This document shows, piece after piece, positions 9,380 to 18,483 of a stretch of 64,000 nt of DNA. Below the pieces are notes generated by a model that worked only from the letters and a program-made list of their open reading frames with translations, ran no database searches and had not been told where the DNA came from. The translations under genes and the position numbers were made by a program. How positions within the stretch are numbered: position 1 is the first letter of the stretch; each line of letters starts with the position of its first letter. This DNA is from Myxococcota bacterium (GTDB lineage Bacteria; Myxococcota_A; UBA796; CAJQPC01): assembly GCA_036012755.1 (NCBI GenBank), contig DASCPX010000129.1, forward strand, positions 128,001 to 192,000. Reading direction: 5' to 3'.

Positions 9380-11127
9380 ACGCCGTAGCGTCCAGACTCG
9401 AAGAGCAGCACGCCGTCCTCGAGCAGCAGCTCCGCGAGCTGCTCCTCTGGAGCTCGGAACTGCTCCTCGAAGGTGGCCTCCGACAGGAAGGGGTAGGACT
9501 TGTGGATGAAGTTCACGCGGCCAGCCAGCACATGAGTGACGCCCTCTCGACGTAGCCAGTCGAGCGTGTCGTCGCCGTGGACGTAGATCAGGTGCCGCGT
9601 CGGGACGTGGTCCTCGACGCTGGAGAGCACGTAGGGGCGGTCGAGGTAGTAGTCGGGCCAGGCGAACAGGACGGCGAGCCGCGCATCCTCTGGGAGGTGC
9701 TCGCTGGCGAAGCGCGCTGCGTCGTGGCCGGGCACCCGGGCCTCGAGATCCACCTCGCCGACGGGGACCTGCTCGAGCCAGGGTCCGAGGTTCGAGGGCA
9801 GCCCGGCGAGCCAGGCGGCGCCGATCCCAGCGAGCCCCCAGCGCGGCAGCGCCGAGGCGCCGATCCCAGCGACGATGGCGAGGATCGGCAGGGTCGGCAG
9901 CAGGTAGCGCAGCCAGTGCGGACCGGCAGCCCAGCCGACGCAGCCCACCAGCGCGACGGCTGCGACTGCCAGGAGGTCCCCGCGCTTCCTGATCACCACG
10001 ACCAGCGCCAGGATCGCGCCGAGCAGGAACAGGGGTGAGATGCGGCCGAGGAACACGTAGGTCGTCGTCTCCGCGTGCACCGTGGCGTTCCAGGGCAACA
10101 GGAGCAGATCGATGGCCTCTCTGCCGAGGCCGTAGCGCTCGACGAAGACGAACTCGAAGCGCTCGGATGTCCAGCCCTCGAAGGGGAAGAGCGGGTGGAG
10201 GCCCTCCAGCGCGTTGCGCAGCCACCACGGGACCAGCGAGGACAGGGCCGCGCCGCCGGTCGCCAGGGTGCTCTTCGTCTCGCGCGTTCGAACGAGGTGG
10301 ACCAACCAGATGCCGGCGAGCACCGGCGCCGCCGTGTACTTCAGCGAGATGGCGACGGCCCCGAACAGCGCCATGCGCCAGTGTCTCCCCTGGAGCGCCG
10401 CGTCGAGACACAACAGGCACGCCAGCGCCATGGGCAGGTTGTTGTAGGCGAGGCCAAGCTCGCGGACGAAGGTGTAGCTCCCAGCCAGGGCCAACACGGC
10501 GATGACCCCCGCAGCGGGACCGGCGAGGCGCCGCGCGAGGGCCTCTGTGCGGAGCAGCAGCAACAGGCCGATGCAGAGATGGAGGAGCTTGGCGGCGGTG
10601 GCTCCGCCAACGGCCATCGCCGCCGCGTAGACCAGGTGCAGGGGCAAGGGCCTCGCGGCGTTCGGGCGGAGCTCTCCGGTGGGCAGGGAGCCCTCGGACA
10701 AGAGCTGCTTGGGCAGCGCGAGGTGCTGGTAGACCTCGTCGGTGTCGGTCGGCTCGCCGAGGGCGACGAGGCCGGCGACGATGGCCAGCGGGAGCAGGAG
10801 CGCGAGCACCCCCCACGGCGCCGCGGGCAGACGCACCACCGGGCGCCGCAGCCAGCCAGCCGTGGCGAGGAGCAGGGCGCCGCCGAAGAGGATGGGCTGG
10901 GCGACGCCGAAGGTCAGTGGCAGGAGCAGGACTCCCAGGAGCCCGAGACCGGCCATCAGCGCTTCATCGATCTCGGCGTCCCCGAGCAGCGCCGCGCCGA
11001 GGCCGGTACAACCGATGCCCGCCACCAACAGCCCGGCGAGCCCCCTGAGCGCTGGAGGGGGGCCGACCACGGCGAACGCCAGGAGCAGGATCCCCGCGGC
11101 GAGCAGGTGCGGGAGGAGGCGCCTCAC
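9364..11127 (-). CDS. Polytopic GT-C fold glycosyltransferase-like membrane protein
   Basis: Roughly 14 TM segments; acidic TDTDEVYQHLALPK loop; SLKYT, PWWLRN and RYLLP motifs common in ArnT-like proteins. Confidence 0.65.
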   Translation of the reverse strand: MRRLLPHLLAAGILLLAFAVVGPPPALRGLAGLLVAGIGCTGLGAALLGDAEIDEALMAGLGLLGVLLLPLTFGVAQPILFGGALLLATAGWLRRPVVRLPAAPWGVLALLLPLAIVAGLVALGEPTDTDEVYQHLALPKQLLSEGSLPTGELRPNAARPLPLHLVYAAAMAVGGATAAKLLHLCIGLLLLLRTEALARRLAGPAAGVIAVLALAGSYTFVRELGLAYNNLPMALACLLCLDAALQGRHWRMALFGAVAISLKYTAAPVLAGIWLVHLVRTRETKSTLATGGAALSSLVPWWLRNALEGLHPLFPFEGWTSERFEFVFVERYGLGREAIDLLLLPWNATVHAETTTYVFLGRISPLFLLGAILALVVVIRKRGDLLAVAAVALVGCVGWAAGPHWLRYLLPTLPILAIVAGIGASALPRWGLAGIGAAWLAGLPSNLGPWLEQVPVGEVDLEARVPGHDAARFASEHLPEDARLAVLFAWPDYYLDRPYVLSSVEDHVPTRHLIYVHGDDTLDWLRREGVTHVLAGRVNFIHKSYPFLSEATFEEQFRAPEEQLAELLLEDGVLLFESGRYGVWRLR

Positions 11128-11136
11128 CGGCGCAGG

Positions 11137-11961
11137 TTACTCCGAGGCCGGATCCGGAGCGGCCACCGGCAGGCGGACGAGCCGGGTCTGGCCATTCTCT
11201 CGGTAGAGCAGCCACCCCTCGCTGCGCGATGGCCCGCGTTGGTGTCCGGGCCCATCGACACCGAAGCCGTCCGAGCAGGCGATGTCGACGTCCTCGCCAT
11301 TCCAGCTCTCCCAGCAAGCCACGTCCCCGTCGAGGCTGAGCCCACGCGCCGTGTGGGCGTCCGTCCACGTGCACTGCTTCATGGCGCCGACGCGCTGCAG
11401 GCAGACGCGCTCATCGTCGAGCCAGGCGATGGTGGGTCCGTCCGCCGACACGTGGCGGCCCTCGGCCCACTGCACGGCGGCGCCGTCCTCTGGGGCCATC
11501 ATCACGACCTCGTCCTCGACCCAGGCCACGAAGCCGTCGCCGATCGCGGGGGCTCGCCACGGCGTCGGGGCTGCCTCGATCGACTCTCGGGTGTTCCCGT
11601 CGAGGATCTCGATGGACACGGGGGTGGTGACGACCGCCCGCTGGCCGTCCGTCGAGAAGGGCCCGATGGCTTCCACCGGGCTGGGCTTGTCGGTGGGTGT
11701 GCCGCTCGGCAGGTGCCACCAGCCCGCGGCTCCGATGAGCACGCCGTCGGCCAGGCCCGGGGAGTCCACGGCTCGCTCGAGCTCGACCTGCTGTCCCGTC
11801 TCGAGGTTCACCGCTCGGTTGACCGGGCCGCCGAAGCAGCCGACCGCCCAGTCTCCGGCCAGCGCGGGATAGCGAGCGTCACGACAGGTACCCCCCAGCC
11901 ACGGCAAGGAGGTCCTCTCCGTCGCCAGGGCGGGGGACAACGACAGGAGGGCGAGGATTAC
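11137..11961 (-). CDS. Secreted hypothetical protein (probable beta-propeller); no canonical start codon
   Basis: Signal-like ILALLSLSPALA|TER followed by Trp-rich repeats (VAWVE, IAWLD, ACWES). The putative first codon is GTA overlapping the upstream TAA. Confidence 0.55.
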   Translation of the reverse strand, partial: VILALLSLSPALATERTSLPWLGGTCRDARYPALAGDWAVGCFGGPVNRAVNLETGQQVELERAVDSPGLADGVLIGAAGWWHLPSGTPTDKPSPVEAIGPFSTDGQRAVVTTPVSIEILDGNTRESIEAAPTPWRAPAIGDGFVAWVEDEVVMMAPEDGAAVQWAEGRHVSADGPTIAWLDDERVCLQRVGAMKQCTWTDAHTARGLSLDGDVACWESWNGEDVDIACSDGFGVDGPGHQRGPSRSEGWLLYRENGQTRLVRLPVAAPDPASE

Positions 11962-13349
11962 TCCTCTTCCTCGCAGTAGGCGCCTGTGTCCTCGCTGACG
12001 CCGCAGCAGGTCACGGTGATGATGGCCGTGGCCTCTGTGGACTCGCCCGTGCAGTCCGAGACGGTCAGCTTGAGCTCGTACTCGTTGCTGTCGCAGACCC
12101 CGGGCTCGGTGGCCTCTGCGTCCTCGAGCTTGAGGAAGGTCACGAGCGAGGTGTCGTCCGTGAAGGTGCCGTTGCCGGTGACCAGCTCCCACTGGTAGGT
12201 CAGCGGGTCGCTGTCGGCGTCGGTGACCGTCACGTCGGTCCCGATCTCGAGCGTCTGGTCCGTGCAGTCGTCGCAGTTGAAGACGTAGCCGCTCGGCGAG
12301 CAGCACGAGAGCCCCGCGTCGATGGTGTCGGGCGTCGGGAAGTTCACGACTGGGAGCGCGTTGGAGAGGCGCTCCTCGAGGACGAGGGTGATGAGGTCCG
12401 GGATCGACCAGTTGTTTCCGTCGGAGACCGTCAGCGACAGCACGTAGGTGCCCGCCACGTCCCCGTAGAAGGTCGCGTCCCCATCGGTCCGGGCGGAGAA
12501 GTTCGCGTTGGTCGCGGCGCTCTCCGCCGGCTTGTTCTGGAGCTCCCAGAAGAACGACAGCTCGTCGTCGTCCGGATCGACCGAGCCGGAGCCGTCCAGC
12601 GCCACGTGCGTGCAGTCGTAGGAGGTGATGTCCTCGCCCGCGCTGGCGGTCGGTGCACCGTCTTCTCCGGTGACGGTCACGACCGTCGAGTCGGCGAGTC
12701 CGCAGCTGTAGTCGTTGCAGACCAGGAGGTTGAAGACGAAGACGCCCCGCTCGTCGGGGGTGAAGCTGGCGGTCTCCGCTGTGGCGTCGGTGATGTCTGC
12801 GTCGGTGAGGGCCGACTTGTCGGGCCACTGCTCCAGCGACCAGCCGTAGGTCAGGCCCTTGCCCAGCGGGTCGTAGGAGGCTGATCCGTCCAGCGTGAGG
12901 GTGGTGTCGACCTCTGTGGTCTGGTCAGCACCCGCGTCGGCGACCGGGAGATCCTCCGGCAGCATGGCCTCGACGACTGCGAAGTCGGTGGCGGACCAGA
13001 GCTTGGAGTCGTTGACGGACAGGGCGACGACGTAGGTGCCGACCTTGTCCGGGCTGAAGCAGACCGTCACCGCCGTGGGGCTGTTGTTCGGCGCGAAGCT
13101 GTCCTCGTTCACCGCGGAGCCCTCCGGCACCCACTCGAAGGTCCACTTGTAGGACAGGGCGTCCCCGTCCGGATCGTGGCTCTTGGAGCCGTCCAGGCAG
13201 ACCTGTTGGTCGGCGTAGAGGGCCTGATCCTCGCCAGCGTCGGCGGTCGGGGCGTCGTTGGTCTCGACGATGCCGCTGTCAGGGTTGTCCTTGTTGCAGG
13301 CGACGAGCATGAGCCCAGCCGCGAGCGCCATCGGGATGGTGGTGCGCAT
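11958..13349 (-). CDS. PKD/REJ-like Ig-fold repeat lipoprotein
   Basis: MRTTIPMALAAGLMLVAC lipobox; repeated P.A.AG.D...LDGS.S.DP.G..L.Y.W units; GGAG SD upstream. Confidence 0.85.
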   Translation of the reverse strand: MRTTIPMALAAGLMLVACNKDNPDSGIVETNDAPTADAGEDQALYADQQVCLDGSKSHDPDGDALSYKWTFEWVPEGSAVNEDSFAPNNSPTAVTVCFSPDKVGTYVVALSVNDSKLWSATDFAVVEAMLPEDLPVADAGADQTTEVDTTLTLDGSASYDPLGKGLTYGWSLEQWPDKSALTDADITDATAETASFTPDERGVFVFNLLVCNDYSCGLADSTVVTVTGEDGAPTASAGEDITSYDCTHVALDGSGSVDPDDDELSFFWELQNKPAESAATNANFSARTDGDATFYGDVAGTYVLSLTVSDGNNWSIPDLITLVLEERLSNALPVVNFPTPDTIDAGLSCCSPSGYVFNCDDCTDQTLEIGTDVTVTDADSDPLTYQWELVTGNGTFTDDTSLVTFLKLEDAEATEPGVCDSNEYELKLTVSDCTGESTEATAIITVTCCGVSEDTGAYCEEEE

Positions 13350-13357
13350 GGGGTCTC

Positions 13358-14764
13358 CTATTTGCCTTCGCCAGTGCATGTGATGGTCAGCCGTACGGTG
13401 TCTGTGTCGCTGGCGTTGCAGTCGGCCACGAGGAGCTCCAGGTCGTACTCGTAGGTCGCTCCGCTGTTGTAGACACCCGGCAGCGGCGGGGTCTGGACCG
13501 TGGTGGCGGCGGTGTACTCGGAGTCGATCGTCATCTCGCCGGTGGCCTCGGTCCAGCGGTAGGACAGCTGGTCGCCGTCTGGATCGAGTGAACCCGAGCC
13601 GTCCAGGTCGAACTCGAAGGAGGGGCAGTCCTCGCAGTTCCAGCCGCTGTAGCTGAGGCGCTCGCAGTCCGTGGTCGACGAGACGCTGTCCGCGGCGCCC
13701 GCGTTGGCGATGGGCGGCTCGTTCTCCGTGATGTCCGAGGTGGTCATCGTGACGACGTCGGGGGCCGACCACTGCGAGCCGTCGAAGACCTGCAGCTGGA
13801 AGGTGTAGTCCCCCGGGACATCCCAGGTGAAGGTCGCGTTGGGCAGGGTCGCGTCGTCGAAGTTCGCGTCCGTCGCGGTGGACTCGGCAGGGGCGGTGAC
13901 CAGCGACCACTGGTAGGTCAGCTCAGCTCCGTCGGGGTCCCAGGAGCCGTAGCCGTTGAGCGTCAGCTCGTTTCCGTCGCAGGGCGGCGCCTCGTCGGCG
14001 TCACCGGCGTCCGCGATGGGGGCGGCGTCGCCTTCGCTGCAGCTCACCGAGGCGTAGTCCGGCTCGGACCACTGGAAGCCATCGGAGACGACCAGGGAGA
14101 CGACGAAGACGCCTTCGCAGTCGCAGATGAGCGACGGTGTCGCCGTGCCCTGGTTGTAGAGGTCATCGCTCTCGAGCTCCGAGCAGTCGGGCGAGGACGA
14201 CAGCGCCCAGTCGAACTCGATCTCCTCGCCCTCTGGATCCGAGGAGCCGGAGCCGTCGAGGGTCACCCGGGTGTCGACCGAGGTGTCGTGATCCGGGCCC
14301 GCGTCGGCGATCGGTCTGGCGTCGCCGGGTGCGACGTCGATGATGACGATGTCCGGCTCGGAGCTCTCGAGGTCGTCGCTGACGACCAGCGCGAGCACGT
14401 AGGTGCCTGCGACATCCGGGACGAAGCTGGTCGCGACCGCTGTCGCCCCGTTGTTGTCGGTGAGCGCGACTTCGTCCACGATCGAGGCGGTCGGGACGGA
14501 CTCGAAGCTCCAGGCGTAGGCCGGAACGAACTTGTCCTGGGCGCAGCCTTCCGGGTAGCCGCTGGGGCCAAGCCCGTTCTCTTCGTCGATCTGGTCGCCC
14601 GAGAGCTCCGCCGTGACGCCGAGAGAAAGTGACTGGTCGGCGCCGGCGTATGCCACCGGCGCGCAGTAGGGATCGCCCGTGTCCACGTCCTTGTCGCAGC
14701 CCGCTGACAACAGCAGCGAGGCACCGATCAAGCCGAGGAGGGGCTTTCTGGTCTGGTCGAGCAT
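13358..14764 (-). CDS. PKD/REJ-like Ig-fold repeat lipoprotein (paralog of the adjacent gene)
   Basis: LSAGC lipobox; four PIADAG.D...LDGSGS.DP.G..L.Y.W-type repeats; Cys pairs. Confidence 0.85.
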   Translation of the reverse strand: MLDQTRKPLLGLIGASLLLSAGCDKDVDTGDPYCAPVAYAGADQSLSLGVTAELSGDQIDEENGLGPSGYPEGCAQDKFVPAYAWSFESVPTASIVDEVALTDNNGATAVATSFVPDVAGTYVLALVVSDDLESSEPDIVIIDVAPGDARPIADAGPDHDTSVDTRVTLDGSGSSDPEGEEIEFDWALSSSPDCSELESDDLYNQGTATPSLICDCEGVFVVSLVVSDGFQWSEPDYASVSCSEGDAAPIADAGDADEAPPCDGNELTLNGYGSWDPDGAELTYQWSLVTAPAESTATDANFDDATLPNATFTWDVPGDYTFQLQVFDGSQWSAPDVVTMTTSDITENEPPIANAGAADSVSSTTDCERLSYSGWNCEDCPSFEFDLDGSGSLDPDGDQLSYRWTEATGEMTIDSEYTAATTVQTPPLPGVYNSGATYEYDLELLVADCNASDTDTVRLTITCTGEGK

Positions 14765-14834
14765 GGGGGTGCTCCAAAAAGCTGGTCGTGGGCGCGCCGG
14801 ACCCCTTGCAAAAAAGGGGTCCTCGGGCTGCGCT

Positions 14835-14864
14835 AAGCTACCCGCTTGGTGAAGGGAGCGTCAA
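14835..14864 (-). promoter_or_regulatory. sigma70-type promoter for the PKD lipoprotein operon
   Basis: Minus strand TTGACG (14864-14859), N18, TAGCTT (14840-14835). The leader contains the hairpin GACCCCTT-N6-AAGGGGTC (~14800-14821). Confidence 0.55.
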
Positions 14865-14868
14865 CAAA

Positions 14869-15615
14869 GTGAAAGCGGTGCTCCTCGCCGCGTCTGCCGC
14901 GGGTGTGGGCGCACCAGCAGCGCCGCTTCATGGACCCTCCGTAGAGGCCGTCAGCAGCCTCCAGGTGTCAGCAGGGTATCGCGTCGGCGAGATGCCGCCA
15001 TTTTCTGCCTCCGAGAGGGACATCGGGGCATTCGGATTGGGGGGGCGTTGGGCGCCTCACCCCTCCGTCGAGCTTCGGGCGGCCTGGGAAGGGCTGAGGG
15101 CGACCTGGCCGGCTGGCAACACGGCACTCGGCTCCGGCGATCTGCATCTCGGGACCCGGGCGCGTCCCTACGCCGGGGCCGGCGCGGTCCCGGGGGTCTG
15201 GCTCGACTGGGAGGTGAAGCTCCCCAACGCCCCAGAGGACACGGGGCTCGGCACCGACGAGACGGACGTGCTGGGGCTGCTCTACCTCGCCTGGAGCGGT
15301 GAGCGATGGCGCCTCCAGGCCGGCGGTGGACTGGCCATCCTGGGGAGCCCGGTGCAGCACGCGGCTCAGGACGACGCAGCGCTCGTCCACGCCCGCGGCG
15401 CCCTGATGCTCGGTCCCACCTGGCTGTCCGCCGGCCTCGACGGTCGCCTCGCTTCCCCCCGCAACCCCCTGGACCTGAGCCTCGATGTCGGAGCCAGCTG
15501 GACTCGCGGGCGCCTGCAGCTCGGTGTGGAGGGCCTCGCTGGGCTGAGCCCGGCGGCACCGGACTACGGGGGCCGGCTGGTGGTGGGCCTTGTCCCACTG
15601 CCCGAGGGGTCTTAG
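14869..15615 (+). CDS. Putative outer-membrane beta-barrel protein
   Basis: MKAVLLAASAA signal; alternating amphipathic strands; GSGDLHLG and VKLPNA...GLGTDETD resemble phenol_MetA-like barrels. Confidence 0.5.
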   Translation: MKAVLLAASAAGVGAPAAPLHGPSVEAVSSLQVSAGYRVGEMPPFSASERDIGAFGLGGRWAPHPSVELRAAWEGLRATWPAGNTALGSGDLHLGTRARPYAGAGAVPGVWLDWEVKLPNAPEDTGLGTDETDVLGLLYLAWSGERWRLQAGGGLAILGSPVQHAAQDDAALVHARGALMLGPTWLSAGLDGRLASPRNPLDLSLDVGASWTRGRLQLGVEGLAGLSPAAPDYGGRLVVGLVPLPEGS

Positions 15616-15624
15616 GACGGCGGC

Positions 15625-16353
15625 ATGCTGCCGATGATCCTCCAGACGATGTTCGCCGGCCGTGACGGCAAGGTGCGCATCTACGCCAAGAAGATCCGCA
15701 ACAAGGACACGCCGGTCGAAGAGCGCCAGAACATGGCCTACTGGCTGGCAGAGGACGGCAAGCCGGACGCGATCCTGGCCATGCTCGGTCGCTTCGAGAT
15801 GACCTACGAGCACGGCATGAAGGACGTGGACGAGAAGGAGATCGTCGAGAACCTCGTCCTCGAGCTCGGCGAAGACGCCGTGGAGCCGCTGGCGACCTTC
15901 TTGCGACGCTGCCACATGTTCGCTCGGCCCATGGGGCTGTACGAGCGCCTCGCCGGTCCCGAGCGGGCCAGGGCGCTGATCCTGGAGCTCCTCCAGGTCG
16001 AGTACGAGAAGAGCGAGCTCAAGCCCAAGAAGAAGAAGGACCTGTTGATCCGCCTCGCGGACTTCAAGGGCGAGGACGTCATCGCGTCCGCCGTGCGCTT
16101 CCTGGACGACTTCGACGAGGGCTGTCGCTACGGCGCGGTCGAGGTGCTCCTTGCGCAGGAAGAGGTCCCGGAGATCCGGGATCCGCTGATCGCGATGCTG
16201 GCCGATCCCGACGAGGAGTCGGGGCGGCTGCAGCACCGGATCGCAGAGGGCGCCGCGGCGCGCGCGTGGGATCTCGGGGAGCACGCCAAGGCGATCGGCG
16301 ATCGTCCGCCGACGAACTTCAAGGTGGTCGGCAGGAAGCTCGTCTCCGGCTGA
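15625..16353 (+). CDS. HEAT-repeat hypothetical protein
   Basis: Helical repeats (LGEDAVEPL, FLDDFDEGCRYGAVEVL); strong codon bias. Confidence 0.7.
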   Translation: MLPMILQTMFAGRDGKVRIYAKKIRNKDTPVEERQNMAYWLAEDGKPDAILAMLGRFEMTYEHGMKDVDEKEIVENLVLELGEDAVEPLATFLRRCHMFARPMGLYERLAGPERARALILELLQVEYEKSELKPKKKKDLLIRLADFKGEDVIASAVRFLDDFDEGCRYGAVEVLLAQEEVPEIRDPLIAMLADPDEESGRLQHRIAEGAAARAWDLGEHAKAIGDRPPTNFKVVGRKLVSG

Positions 16354-16362
16354 TGGGCTGAC

Positions 16363-17064
16363 TCACTCGGCGTCTTCTTCGCCCGCTGCCTCCTCCAACC
16401 GGAGGCTCAGGTGGGCGAGCTTGCCCAGCATCCTGTCGGCCGTGCGCTGGAGCTCCCGAGTCCGCTCGGGCCCCAGCCGGTCCAGCTGCTCGTCCTCGAG
16501 GTCCGCGAAGCCCCCCTCGGCGAGCATCCGCTCCATCTTGTCCAGCGAGCGCGCGAAGCGCGGCTTGGGGCGCCGACCTCTTCGGGGGCCGGACGTCTTC
16601 CTGTGGGCGGCGACCGCTGCGAGCAGCTCGCGCGTCGTCCAGCTTCCGCCCCGTGCCCGAGCCAGGAGGTCCTCCTGCACCGGCCCGGGTAGCCCGAGCA
16701 CCGCGAAGCCATGGCTTGCCGTCAGCTGTTCCAGCGCTGAGACGCCGAGCCGGTCCTCCAGCTCCACCAGGCCGCACGCGCGAAACAGGGTCGAGGGGCT
16801 CACGCCCCCCTCGCCGTGGCGCGACAGCGCCCGCCCCAACGCCCGAAACGAAGGGTCGTTCTGCCCGCGGGTCCTCCAGGCCCCGACGTCGCCGTCGTAG
16901 AGCTCGCGGATCACCAGGGTGCCGATCTCCAGCGCCGTGTTCCTGACCATGCTGCGGGCCAGCTCCACCACCGCCGCCGCCGTGCGATCGATTCGCTCCG
17001 GAGGCAGCGCCGAGAGCACCTCGGTCCCCGGCGTCAGCGGGCTCTGGTCGTCGGCCTTCGACAT
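16363..17064 (-). CDS. Hypothetical protein, possible DNA-binding (DUF1016 N-terminal/ParB-like helical)
   Basis: ALEIGTLV...SFRALG...GVSPSTLFR...SH...L...WTTREL pattern; basic linker; GGAG SD upstream. Confidence 0.55.
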   Translation of the reverse strand: MSKADDQSPLTPGTEVLSALPPERIDRTAAAVVELARSMVRNTALEIGTLVIRELYDGDVGAWRTRGQNDPSFRALGRALSRHGEGGVSPSTLFRACGLVELEDRLGVSALEQLTASHGFAVLGLPGPVQEDLLARARGGSWTTRELLAAVAAHRKTSGPRRGRRPKPRFARSLDKMERMLAEGGFADLEDEQLDRLGPERTRELQRTADRMLGKLAHLSLRLEEAAGEEDAE

Positions 17065-17097
17065 GGGTGAACTCCGCCCTCGGAGCCTATCAGGCGC

Positions 17098-18465
17098 TCA
17101 ACGCTCCAGCTGGTACGGGCCCCCCCCCAGGTTCCATCGCGCCATGGCCATCCCCAGTCGGGCAGCCTCCCGCAGCGCCCCGCTGGCCACCGCGTCGCGC
17201 GCGAGCCGCGCCATGGGCTCGGGCCGCAGGTAGAAGCTGCGCCACGCGTAGCGCATCAGCGAGGACAGCTCAGCAGGCGGGAGATCCGTCACGGTCTTGC
17301 GGTGGACGTCCCCGTCGACCGGGTTTCGCACATCGGCACCGGAGAGGTGGCCGTAGTCCTCGAACAACGGTGTGCCGGGAAAGGCGACCAGCGAGGAGAA
17401 CTGGACGTAGTCGGCGCCGATCTCCCGCGCGAAGCGGATCGTGCGCCGCACGTCCTCGCGCCCTTCGCCCGGAGCACCGAGGATGATGTAGGCCAGCGGC
17501 CGGATCCCGGCGGCCCGTGTGGCCGAGAAGGCAGCCCGCACGGCCTCGATGGAGACGTCCTTTCGCAGCAGCTCCAGGGTCTCGGCGTTCCCGGACTCGA
17601 CCCCGTAGGCGACCACCCGGCAGCCCGCCCGCCGCATGAGCCGGAGCGTCTCGGCGTCCACGCCGTCCACGCGCCCCTCGCACTTCCACTCGAGGTCCAG
17701 TCCGCGGCGCAGGATGTCCTCGCAGATCTCCCGCACCCGTCGGCCATGGAGGGTGAAGTTGTCGTCGTAGAAGTTGACGAAGCCGACGCCCGAGCGAGCC
17801 AGGTCCTCCATCTCGTCGACGACGTCCGTTGCGCTGCGGGCCCGCCAGCGGCTGCCCGAGACGCTCTTGTCGCAGAAGCTGCAGCGGAAGGGACAGCCTC
17901 GCGAGGTGATCATCGTGGCGAAGCCCGGTCGCGTCGCCATGAGGTAGCGGTAGCCCCCTTGCGGCAGCAGATCCCTGGCTGGACGAGCGATGTCCTCCAC
18001 CGCGCGCACAGGCTCGTGCTCTTCGAAGAGCACGTCCCGCGTCATCACGCCGGGGGGTGGTGGACCGCCGCTGGCCAGCCAGTCCAGGTAGGGGACCACG
18101 ACCTCTTCGCCCTCGCCGATGACGAGGTGGTCGATGTCGGGGCATTCCTCGAAGACCTGCTCGCGGACAGCGGTGGCGTGTGGTCCACCGAGCACGATGG
18201 TCTCTACGAATGGCCGCGCCAGCGAGGCGGCGCGGTAGGCGACGTCCGAGACCGGCGTCATCGCACCGAGCCCGAGCACGCGCGGCCGGCGCCGACGGAT
18301 CTCCGCTTCGAACTCCGCCCAGCTCGAGCCCTGCGCGTAGGCATCGAGGATCTGGACCGCCCTCCCACACCGGATGAGCTCGGCGGCCAGGTAGGCGAGT
18401 CCCAGCGGCGGGACCGCGAGGCCCGCGTCGCGGGCGTTCCGGCGCGGAGGGCGAACCAGGAGCAC
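17098..18465 (-). CDS. Cobalamin-binding radical SAM protein (class B methyltransferase-like)
   Basis: PPLGLAYLAA, GGPHAT and GEGE in the B12 domain; SRGCPFRCSFC CxxxCxxC motif; YGVESG. Confidence 0.9.
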   Translation of the reverse strand: MLLVRPPRRNARDAGLAVPPLGLAYLAAELIRCGRAVQILDAYAQGSSWAEFEAEIRRRRPRVLGLGAMTPVSDVAYRAASLARPFVETIVLGGPHATAVREQVFEECPDIDHLVIGEGEEVVVPYLDWLASGGPPPPGVMTRDVLFEEHEPVRAVEDIARPARDLLPQGGYRYLMATRPGFATMITSRGCPFRCSFCDKSVSGSRWRARSATDVVDEMEDLARSGVGFVNFYDDNFTLHGRRVREICEDILRRGLDLEWKCEGRVDGVDAETLRLMRRAGCRVVAYGVESGNAETLELLRKDVSIEAVRAAFSATRAAGIRPLAYIILGAPGEGREDVRRTIRFAREIGADYVQFSSLVAFPGTPLFEDYGHLSGADVRNPVDGDVHRKTVTDLPPAELSSLMRYAWRSFYLRPEPMARLARDAVASGALREAARLGMAMARWNLGGGPYQLER

Positions 18466-18483
18466 GGTCCCGAGGATACCCGC

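Noticed and set aside
14800..14821. Hairpin GACCCCTT-N6-AAGGGGTC as an intrinsic terminator or riboswitch
   Set aside because: It lies between divergent genes, has no adjacent U-tract and shows no recognisable aptamer; kept only as a leader structure.
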